This document shows positions 36,239 through 46,130 of a stretch of DNA of 64,000 nucleotides, piece by piece. The stretch spans positions 62,001-126,000 of the forward strand of contig OZ025671.1 in assembly GCA_964019335.1 (NCBI GenBank). Direction: 5' to 3'. Position numbers and translations under genes: made by a program. The notes beneath the pieces are model-generated. The model searched no databases, was not told the origin of the DNA, and worked only from the letters and a program-made list of their open reading frames with translations. How positions within the stretch are numbered: position 1 is the stretch's first letter; each line of letters starts with the position of its first letter. Source of the DNA: Diplonema japonicum. Taxonomy: Eukaryota; Protista; Euglenozoa: Diplonemea.

Positions 36239-39200
36239 TCAGTCAGCAAATGACAACAACACCATTTTACCAGTGGAACAGACAGAAAGAGAGATAGGCG
36301 CAAGAGGATGGAAGACGGAAGAGGTTGGGGTGAATCGGGTTTTGAAGATTCCCTCACGCTCTGCAGCGGTGGAGAGGTGAGTCACGGTTCTTGTAGGGAT
36401 GTGGTGCAGACGGGAAGAGGAAGTGCTGCAAGTCATTGCGAGGGGCAGAGTTGCATGCAAGGTACTGCCAGCAAGTGACCGCCCTTCCTTTTTGCACAAG
36501 TCATGCACAGCCACAGCAGTCAGGGGCTTCCGCACGTCCCACACGCACAACTGCCCATCTATCGCAATAGAAGACACACCGTAGCCCTGTGCCTGCGCCT
36601 CCTCGCACGCCAAGCTGATGCCCGTCACATGTGCACTGTGCTGCCCGACCATCAGCGTCCCTTCCTTTTCTCTGTCGTCTACAGTGAACAGGCATCCAGA
36701 CTGGTGCCCCACCATTCCGTAGTCCCCGTCCTGTCGTGTGTACCTTATTTCACACATCACATACCACATGAGGTGTCACCAATGCGCTGACAGCACTGTT
36801 GTCGCCTGTCACTATGCTTGCCACTTCCTGCTCCTTGCAGAGGTCAGCCACCTTGATGCCCTCCCCACCTGTGCACCAGAGACTGTCCTTGTACCTCACA
36901 CGTGCAATGCACTCGTGTGTAGGGTTGCTTACCAGCTGGAAGGCGGACACAGATGCGCACTTCGAGCTGCACCAATCGACAGCTAGCATGATGTTCCCCT
37001 TGCTCGTCGCCACCAGTAAGGGCGACACGTCATGGCGGTGCAGCACCTCCAGGCTGCTGATGGCACCCAGGTGGCTGCGTACCTTCAGCGATGTGCCTGT
37101 CTTGTTCCTTCGCCAATTCCAGAAGCTGACTGTGTCCTTGCTGCTGTACAGTGCAAGGCACAAAGTGGGGTGCAGCATGTGGTTCCTCATAATCGAATTG
37201 ATGTCGGTTTCAGCAAGGAAAGAGATCTTCCCTGCCTTCTGCACAGTGGATGCTAGGCAAGTGGCTGCTGCACTACGTGTGTACCGTGTCTTCCACAGCG
37301 TGGCCTTGTGCCGTGTCGAGGACAGGTCCTCACCCTCCAGCGTCACACATGCAGCGTATGCGATACTCGAGCTCAGCAACGACACGTGGCCCCCTTGCCC
37401 GGCACTCTCGATCATCCCACTGCTCAGAACAGGTGTGGCAAGTGTCATCGTGCTCCGCCGGGGGTTGTACTCACGCCTCTCGTCTGACGGGTCTTCCATC
37501 TCTTCGTCGAGCGTGCTAAGATCAGCACCCTTGCCAGCCTTCTCACACCCCTTCAAAGGGCTCATGGGGGACTTGCACCTACTAGACGTCGAGGCTAACT
37601 CTTTGGGCTTGCGCTGTGTAAATGTCTTTGACACTTTGTTCATACCATCATAGCTACGGTCATCTCGCCGACGGTGGCCACTTGGCTCATTGGATCCGAG
37701 AGGAGCGCCGTGCCTGCCGCCATGGCCTTGCCCATCAGGTCATCATGGCTGTGGACTGGGTTAGGTGGTTGCACATACTCATCTTCAGGCGGCACATCAA
37801 CAGAACTGAGGGATGCAAAAGAGCCATTGGCTCTTGAGGAGTGGAGGGATGAGACAAACGTAAGCAAGCCCTTGGCTGCAGACAGGCGTACCCACGCTGA
37901 GAGGTCGGTGCAACCGGCAGTAAGGAGCGATAGAAGATACCCATCAAGGTTGTCAAAGTGCACGGCGTCCAGCATCCTCAAACTCAACAGGCGTACAAGG
38001 TTCATCGTGGCACTGCGTATGGCTTGGAGAGGGTGCCTGCTGCAGAGCAGCAGCCATGTACAGTCCTCGCTAACACCCATCTTCCCGATGAGCTCCGCAA
38101 TGAGGTGCTGCTCGCCCTCGATGACCGTGCTGGCCAGCAGCAGCATCCAGTTCAAGATGCCGCACCCCGACCCCCACCGCCCATGGTCGTCGGCCTCGCG
38201 CTTCGCGTACTGCAGCACGACCTCTGAGAAGTCGCAAAATATGGTGCTGTACACCTTCCCTCGTGCAGAGGACTGCGTCTTACACAGAATGGTTATGATG
38301 CACACTGACAGGTGGTGCAGGACAGGGCTGTCGCCGCAATTCCTTAAAAGGTTTGAAAAGAATGGCATGCACTGTACCGCGTCGTTGGCCACGTGGTCGT
38401 CGGCTAGCGTCAAAGCCTTCATCCACAGGTAGAGCAAGTGATGGCAATGCGCAGAAGGGGGCGGGGGGCTCTTGCAAAACATAAGCATGTATGGCAGCAA
38501 TCCTGCTGTGAGGAGCTTGTTGACATTCGTGTGGCAGCCGTCAGAGTACCTCGCGAGCAGGGCCAGGGTCTTGCTCTGGCACTGAGGAATGCATAGTGAA
38601 GGGATGATGATAGGGAGGGACAGTGAGATGTCGTTGTCGAAACACGCAACGGAGTGCGCGAAGGAGCACTGCTGGGCTTTGAAGAAGGAGAACATGAGAC
38701 TTTGACTTTCTTCTATTTTGTTCGTTGCAGAGGTGCAACGTGTGAGGAACTGATCGAGGTGCCAGTCCCACTCATCCCATTTTACGTGGTTCGTGCACAG
38801 AGGAAGAGCGGGGTAGCTAAGAGGGGTCGCGTTCAAGGACAGCATTATGCGCTGCGCAAGAATGAAGTTGCGAAAGAGGGATGTGAGAAAAGAGTCCTGC
38901 TTGAAAAATCTGAGAAACATGGGCGCGCTAAGGGAGCTCCACGCAATGCTGTCGATTAAGGTGCTAAGGACACGCAGCAGAGACGAGGCGAGGGAGGGAA
39001 TCCCGTCGATTATCTGCAGCACGTTCATGGCTTGCGAGTGTGTGTATCGCTGTGTGCTGTAGCAATGCCATAGGACTGCCATTTTGACTGGCGTCGTCAG
39101 GCAGCTCCCGAACACATCCGCTGGGAAGTACGAGTTGGTTGGCAGATCCTCCCGCTCATGGCATGCCGCCAGTACGATCACATCAGCATGGCCTGAGCTC

Positions 39201-40060
39201 TCCACCACACTGCGCAACTTGTTGAGCACCAGCCCCGCGCGGCGCACGTCGAGAATCACACAAACGGGGCCTGCGATCCACTCCAGAAGGTCGCTCGCCT
39301 TCACAGGCATGTACTGCGTGTACTGAGCATCAAACACCCACAGCTCCCCCTGTGCAGAGGGCGCAGGCACGCCGTGCCCGTTGTAGTGCACCACGATCCT
39401 GTGATCGCTCTTCACGTGCTTCCTGATCTTCTCGATATTCGACAGTTCATCATACGTAACATCAGGCATTGTGTAGTACCTGATGTTCGTCTTGTTGCTG
39501 AGGTCGTTGTACTGGCTTCGTAACGCAGAGATGATGACCTCGCAAGCCTTCCGCTTCTCGCCACAAAGCCTTGGGTCCTTCCAGCACTGTAGCACGGGGT
39601 ACGGGGATACCTTGATGCTGTCGGGTGGGTCGGTCCCGACGTTGAGGCAGGACAGCAGGACGACAGCTGTGGTGGAGGTCTTCGCAGTGCACCATTGAAG
39701 GGTGGTGCTCTTGGGTGCATGCAGGGACGAGGAATAGAACACCAGGTGATGCAGACCACAGTATCGTTCCCCAGTCAGCAGGGTTTGTTGTGCAAGTACT
39801 GCCTTCTTTGTCCCATGCACTTCGGTGTCCACCCCAATACGCACCTCATACGCCGCTTCCATGTCGTGCGTCACTGGCGGCATGCCCTCCACGGCCATCT
39901 CCACAGTGCCGTGGTGGCTGTCGCTGACGCTGCTTGCATCCGCACAGCTTGCATCGCTGAACGTACTCAGTCCCCTTTCCTTCACGTTCACGGGCTTCAG
40001 GGCCTCAGGCCTCTTATTCCTCATCTTTGCACCCAACCTCGGACTCTGCATGATAGGCAC
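36239..40060 (-). CDS. RAPTOR: Raptor (TORC1 scaffold); 3 exons
   Basis: RNC motifs CLNVGTDPPD, HYNGHGVP, LWVFDAQYTQYMP and PADVFGSCLTTP, then HEAT and WD40 regions. The three track ORFs join via introns 37614-37645 and 36731-36764. The exact start is uncertain. Confidence 0.92.
36731..36764 (-). other. 34-nt GT-AG intron in Raptor
   Basis: GTATGT...CGACAG; joins TPHV|DGDYG in frame. Confidence 0.85.
37614..37645 (-). other. 32-nt GT-AG intron in Raptor
   Basis: GTATGA...ACACAG; joins AMM|RKPKE in frame. Confidence 0.85.
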
Positions 40061-40216
40061 TACTCACGTTCACTGGGAAGCATATTCGCCACCCCCTGCC
40101 TGTACCATGTGACCATGTGAACAAAGAAAAAACAGAACAAAAAAAACAAGGGTAAGAAGTTATCTAGTTGGTTGGACACTAACTATTCCTTATGGGGCGT
40201 GTGGTGTTTATATAGT

Positions 40217-40704
40217 TCAGTCCGTGAAGCTGAGTCTTTCGATCAGCTGCCGCTGCTCCTGCTCTACCTGTTGGGTGTGTGGTTTTTTCTTTATTTTTCC
40301 CTCCACAAGACAGGCTCAAGAAGGGTTTCTTTTTTTTAGACACATGCCTTTCTCAGGTAGTTGTGCTGTGCAACATATCTGTCGAGCTCCATTTGTTTTT
40401 CCTTCACACGGAGACGCAGCTCAGCCTCCTTCCTCTTTCGTATCTCCGCCTCGCCCTTGACCTTCAACCGCAGGCCTATGGCTTTGAGCTTTTGTTGGTC
40501 GATTTGTGTTCCTTGCTGCTCCACAGCGCTCACTACTGAGGTCACTACTGTTTGGAAGTTTTGCAGTTTGTCAACAAACCCCGAAGCTTGCTCCTGTAGA
40601 GCCACCCCCTCGTTGAACCTATCAGGCGGGTATATCCTTGCCTGCTGCATGTCATCAAACATGACAATTCTGTTCTCTTCCTCGTCCATGGTTTGCCCGT
40701 TCAT
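40217..40704 (-). CDS. IFT20: Intraflagellar transport protein 20; 2 exons
   Basis: MFDDMQQARIYPP, FVDKLQNFQ, IDQQKLKAIGLR, EKQMELDRY. The conserved tail VEQEQRQLIERLS is recovered by removing 40268-40347. Confidence 0.92.
40268..40347 (-). other. 80-nt GC-AG intron in IFT20
   Basis: AAG|GCATGT...CCAACAG|GTAGAG; restores YLRK|VEQEQ. Confidence 0.8.
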
Positions 40705-43108
40705 TTTAGTTTTCTTTTTTTTCTTTTTCCTTTTTAAACCTTTGTTTAACCTTTGAACGAAGGAAAAAAGAGTCGGGAAAAAAAAAAAGAGAACACATTT
40801 TAATATAAAATAACGGTGGGAAAGGGGGGTGAAGGGAGAGAAAACGTAAATATAAAAAAAAAAAAAAATCCCAGATAAAAGAATCGTACAGAAATGGAGG
40901 GGGGGGGGGGGGAAATAATAAAAGAGAGAAAAAAAAGTGAGGAGGGGTTGTATTTTTTTGGGAAACATAACTGACAAAAAAGTAAAATGAGAGCATGAAG
41001 AGAAACTTCTGTGTCTGGCACAATAAAAAGAATTAACACCAGTTACGTCATTATTCAATTACGCCGGAAGGAGGGGGGAGCAGAAGAAGAAGAAAAGAAG
41101 AAAAAAAAAAGGTAATTATATAAGGAGGGACAGGGGTAGGCCCTGTCCATCACAAGTAGTCCATCTTAGCCATTGGTGTTCGATCTCTTCGTCTTTGCAA
41201 GCGTCACTCACCGCAGCCTGGAGGGAGGGGAAAACTTTTTTCTTTCTTTTCTTGTTCCTTTCTTCTTTTTTATAATTATACAGCTGTAATCAGTGCTCAG
41301 CGCAGTAAAGCACCTCACTCCTCAGAAAACAGCGTCGGTGCCCGACCCTTGATTTCAGAAAGAGTTTACTGGGTTAAAAGTGAAGAAACTTGTGCATATT
41401 CGTTCACCTTGGCCAGATGGACAAATCGCAAAGAACAGAAATATAAAACCCCCCCACTGCCAAAAAAAAAGAGGCTACTTTGGTGGTTTCTTATTATACT
41501 CTCAACTCAATCTTTTTTTTTTCCCTTCATTCAGTATCCTAACACATACCAAATAGGAGTTTCGAAAGTAAAACTGGTGACGTGAATGAAGTAAAATTGA
41601 GTAGGAGAGAAGAAAAACAACTTTCTTTCTTTTAACAACTGCTGTTCTGAATAAGGCTTCCGTGAACGACAGGGGGGGGGGGGGGGGGGATGGGTATAAC
41701 GGAAGGGGGGATATACGGAATGCAAAATAACCTTTTCTTTTTTTTTTTTTTCTTTTGAGCCAATCTCAAAAATAAACTCATTGCTGTGGGAGAAGTGTGT
41801 TAAGACACATAAAAATCTTTAAAAAAAAAAAAAAAACACTATGTGTGGAGGTCCGCTGTGGAGGCACTCGAGCTCTGTCCTGGAGCCACTTCTGTTCGAA
41901 TTTTTCTTTTTTTTCATTTTTTTCTTTCTTTTTCTCTCTTAATCCGAATGCTCAATCATCAAAAAGAATTAATGAAAGAGCAAAAATTCAGATGTTGAAC
42001 TTTGTTTGCAGTTGGTTTGGGGGGGAAGTCCCTGTCAACAGTGGGCGAGGTGAGTGAATAGGACTTTTCTTTCTTCTAACGGTTGTTTTCTTCCTATAAC
42101 TGACATAATTTTCTTTTGAAATCTTACGCGGTCAAAAATCCCGAGAAAAGGCTGAATTCAAGTTCTGTTATTTCCCAGGAACTTTTTTTTTTTTTCGTTT
42201 CAACAGCAGTTAAGGGAGAGGGCAATTTAAAAAAAAAAAAAAAAAAAATGAAAACTTCCCCTTTGATATTTCCATTTTTCCACCACCCCCTTGCAGGGAC
42301 GATCCTTCCTTCCCCCAATTATTGATTGCTTCCTCCCCCCTTTTTTTTCTTCTCTTCCTCTAATCCGTCATTACTCACTCCCCACTGATCCCGTTAGTTA
42401 AAATGGGCTTTTCCTGTGGAATCACGACACTCACACAGGTTTAAAAAGGCCGGTAGCAAAGGGCGCACTTCTTTAAATCTTTCGGTTCTTTCTTTTACAC
42501 ATCTTTTACGTCGGATTCCGTTTTCGGCGATGGGAGAAGAGGTAGAAGAGGTTAAAGGTATGAGGTGTTGAGTTTTCAAAAGTGCGAACAAAAAAAAAAA
42601 AGATTTCAAAACTTCTCTCTCTTGTACTTCAAGAGAAAAAAAAAGGGGGGGCTCGGCGGTTTGTTGTTTGTGTGAAGTTGGTTTTTTTTTCCTCCTGCAG
42701 AAGATCGAAACCAAAAAAAAAAAAAAAAAGCTGCCTATAGAATGGTAACCACAACTAGGACTACTGTAAAAACCAGGGAAAACATATTTCACCATGGGGG
42801 GAGGGGGGGGGGGGGGGGGGGGGGGGGTAGAGGAAGCAAAGGTCGTCTTTGATGGTGTTTTCAAGCTTTTTTATTTTATATTTCCCCCCCCCCCCCGGTG
42901 ATTCGATCTTCTTGGTTCCAATGAATTAAACGTTCTCTTTTGAAAAAAGAAGGTATTTTCCAATTAGATTCTAAACAGAACGAACAGGGGAAAAAAAAAA
43001 TCTTTTTTTTCCATTCTTTTTTTCCCCCTTCTTTTTTCGAGTACCCGATTCGCCGTTTCCTCTTCCCCCCTTTTTTTTCGTCTTGCATTAAAAAAAGTCT
43101 GGAGAGTA

Positions 43109-43139
<31 letters not shown>

Positions 43140-43439
43140 AAAGGGGAAAACATAACACAAAATACAAAAAAAAAAATTGGGGATGGGGAGGGATGGGAAT
43201 TCCTTTTTGAGAGTGTGCTCCTCGAAAGCATATAAATAACATAAAGGGCACTCTAAAAAAAAAAAAAAACGTTGCTGAGACGCCGAATCCCAGCTAGGGG
43301 GGAGAAATTGTAACTAAGCTGCTGTAGGCAAAAAAAATTCACTATGATAGGAACGAAGTGGTTAGCAACGGCCCGCAAAAAAAAAAAAAAAAGAAATAAA
43401 GGGGGGGTCCGAATAATCCCTTTATTTGGGCAGTGGAGG

Positions 43440-44313
43440 GGGTGGCCTGCTCATAGTCTACTGCGAGCTCCATCGTCGTGACGGACGTCAACTTCCTGCC
43501 TGCGTACCATCTTAGGCTTTTCAGCCACCTGAGGACGCTCTTCATGTAGAACATTAGGACCTTTCCCGACGCTCCGTTCGATTTCAACAGCTCCACTGTG
43601 GGCACAGTGTGCTGCTTCCCCGTTGTGATCCCATCCCACGGGTTGGTGGTGAGGATTCTGGTGCTCCGTTCAGCCGCTCTGGCGTCTCGTCTTGACACGA
43701 CATCCAACAGGTATCGTTGCACGACTGCCGCCTGTTGCTTCGCAGCCCCCGTTGCGCCCCTTGGAATGATCCCGTGGAGGGCGGTCACTGCAGGTAGGTC
43801 ACTTCGTGTCATCCCGCCATATCTTTCGTTTGTCAGGGCAGCTCTCGCTGGTGCACATTCCCATAGGGCGTGCTCCGTGACTTCTGTCGTCGTCTGGCAT
43901 CGATGGTCGCAGACGTCGCACGCAAGAGACGAGCTTTCCACACCCTCACGTTCATCCAATTGCTTCCCCCACACTCGAGGGTGTACCGTGAACACTGCAC
44001 CGCTGATGATCCGCCGCAGTCTGTACGATATCAGCGGTCTCCGTGACTGGAGCTTCCTCCACCAGGCGTTCGTGGACGGACATGCACCCGCTTCCATTCC
44101 AGCAAAAGACGACCTGCCGTGGATCAATTCCTTTGCAACAGCCGGTCTGATCGCCTGTCTTACTTCATGGCGTCTCGCACTGGGCACCAGAGCGCGCAAA
44201 CCTTCAATGAAGGACCACCCCTTGTTCAGGAAGGGAAGCCACCTCTTCAGCAAGACCCCTAGCGGCCCCCTCTCCTCGTCGTCCTCTCGCTCCCGGTACA
44301 GTGTAACAATCTC
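43440..44313 (-). mobile_element. 874-bp internal fragment of the LINE at 27789-30485
   Basis: Matches 28127-29000 with about 5 substitutions counted by eye; truncated at both ends. Confidence 0.95.
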
Positions 44314-44478
44314 TTAAAGAATTATTTGGAATACACTTATTTGGGTTGTACTTCTTTGGGCTGGAGGGCCTGCCACATGGAAAGGAGGGAGCGGCTTAGA
44401 GCACTTCGGAAATCTTAACATGCCGAATCGTGCGAAGACTTTTTTCATGCCTTTTCTTTTTTTTTCGTAAAGGAAACT

Positions 44479-44820
44479 TTAACAGTTTTTCTCCCAGGCT
44501 GTGGAGAACCCACAAACGTTGCAGACAAACCGCCTGGTTTTGGCGGGCATCTGAGAGGCTTGAGAATCTGTCGGGGCTTGAGAAGCTGCAAGGGCTTGGG
44601 AGGCTGCTGGAGTCTCGTACAGGTGCAGTGTCCATTGTAACACCCGCAACAACGTTCTGTGCTGCACTGTCTAAAGGGTCCGACCCCTTCAAAGTGCTTA
44701 CTTCTCTCTTCGGAACTAGCGAGACGCATACAGCTAAAGGTGCTGAGCAGTTGCATGACCTTTCTCATGTGCCTGCCCTACCCACAGTGCCACGTTGATT
44801 CGGCGCTCTGCTGCAGTCAT
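44479..44820 (-). pseudogene. Possible pogo/DDE_1 transposase C-terminal remnant with a C2H2-like finger
   Basis: MTAAERRINVALWVGQAHEK resembles the pogo C-terminal RR....WV..AW helix; downstream RFVCNVCGFST. Interrupted by stops and frameshifts. Confidence 0.4.
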
Positions 44821-45182
44821 CAACCAACGTCCCGCCTCGGCTGCTTGGGGCATGCCACAGCCCCCCCCCCAACCCTCAAAATGGCGGGAGGTCTTAATCG
44901 CCGGTGCCACACAGAAGCAGCCTCACAATACGTACTTTTCCTTTTCAATCGATTGTTATATGTATTTATAAAATATAGCGCGCATTCGACGGCACTGATC
45001 AAGCGACTGGCACCTTCCGAAGAAGGGCCTCCCACGTCCGCCGGGTTGAGCAGAAGATGCCCCGGGGCGGCCGTTCCAGTCTGATCATGTCGCACTTTGA
45101 CATATTTCTCATGTTCTAGAAGAAAATGGGGTTTTTGCCCTCGTAGCTCGCCGGGCCAGCACTCTTACACTCTTACTTGCGT

Positions 45183-45596
45183 AGCAGCCTCACAATACCG
45201 CCAGTGGGCTACGGAACAGCTTTGGGATCTTGCTCAGGAATGGAACATTGACATTGCGGGCCATGAAAGAAAGCAAATACTGGATAAGTTGTCAACACAT
45301 GAATCCACGTGCCCTTCCGGCAACGCAGAAGCACCCGGGCCCACAAAGCGCCTTCGAACAAAGTAGTTCTGTGAAATTTTGAACCGTTCATCACGAACCA
45401 TCTAGCTTCTTGCGTTAAGAAAATTAGGGGCCAAACCCCGTGGTCCCTGTTCAAAAATGCAAAAGAATTGCCCATGAGTGCCCAAAACCAGGCGGAAATC
45501 GACTTTTTGGTCAAAAAAGGGGTGTATACATGGGTTAGGTAGGCTAGTACCCTGCACAGGCGTGACTGAGAAAAACCCGTTACTACCATGTGACCC
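45183..45596 (+). mobile_element. Right end of a GGGTCACATGGT-TIR DNA transposon with a SAP/HeH-like coding remnant
   Basis: YRQWATEQLWDLAQEWNIDIAGHERKQILDKL...PTKRLRTK*. 45490-45596 is similar to 61920-62037 and ends in ACCATGTGACCC. Confidence 0.6.
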
Positions 45597-45685
45597 CCAC
45601 CCCCCGGTCCCCCTAAAAAAAAAAAGAAAGGGGGTCGGGAATTATTTGGGAAATTTGGAGCGGAAAAATCTCCGGAAAAAAAAAG

Positions 45686-46011
45686 AATATATGAGTTAAA
45701 GGAGGCCGGTGTTGGCGGCGCCCTGCACAAGAACTGTCTACTTGATTACAGGGGGCACACCGCGGCCGAGTTGTAGCTTCTTCTGCGTTCCGCGTCGTGT
45801 CCTTAATGCGTGCGGTGTACAGCTCAACCCCAGCCGGGGCGTCCCGGGTAACCAAGATTCTGCGCTCGTGCAGTTTGCTGCCTGTTCGTCACCCTGAGCA
45901 TCTGCGTTACGTTCTTCCACTCGGGTGCTACCGGTGATGACCGACGAGGAGGTCAACAGCGAACAACACATCTGATGTTTTTCTTATATTTTCATGTTAT
46001 CCCCACCACCT
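45686..46011 (+). repeat. Copy of the 26889-27215 repeat inside the composite element
   Basis: Near-identical ~326 bp. Confidence 0.92.
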
Positions 46012-46130
46012 AAAGAATTATTTGGGAAAAAACACATTATTTGGGAGGGAATTATTCGGACCCCCCCTTTAAAAAACACGCACTCTAAGAGCTAACATCC
46101 CCATTCCTGTTTTCATCTCTTTGTTCTGTT

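Larger units (their letters stand above)
43397..46071. mobile_element. Composite TIR element (Tc1/mariner-pogo-like ends, TA flanks) carrying fragments of other repeats
   Basis: Perfect 21-bp inverted repeat TAAAGGGGGGGTCCGAATAAT (43397-43417) / ATTATTCGGACCCCCCCTTTA (46051-46071), with multiple internal TTATTTGGG motifs. Confidence 0.75.

Noticed and set aside
37640-37643. ATGA stop/start overlap suggesting translational coupling or programmed frameshifting in Raptor
   Set aside because: A canonical 32-nt GT-AG intron explains it, and the same holds for the second break.
40705-41058. Long hydrophobic N-terminal extension of IFT20 (and similarly of APC5 at 60317-60457)
   Set aside because: T-rich upstream tract that is open by chance; homology begins at the downstream ATG.
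43397-46071. CRISPR array
   Set aside because: Only two or three imperfect motif copies, inserts of 0.3-1.3 kb, no cas genes and a eukaryotic context. Reported instead as a TE capture structure.
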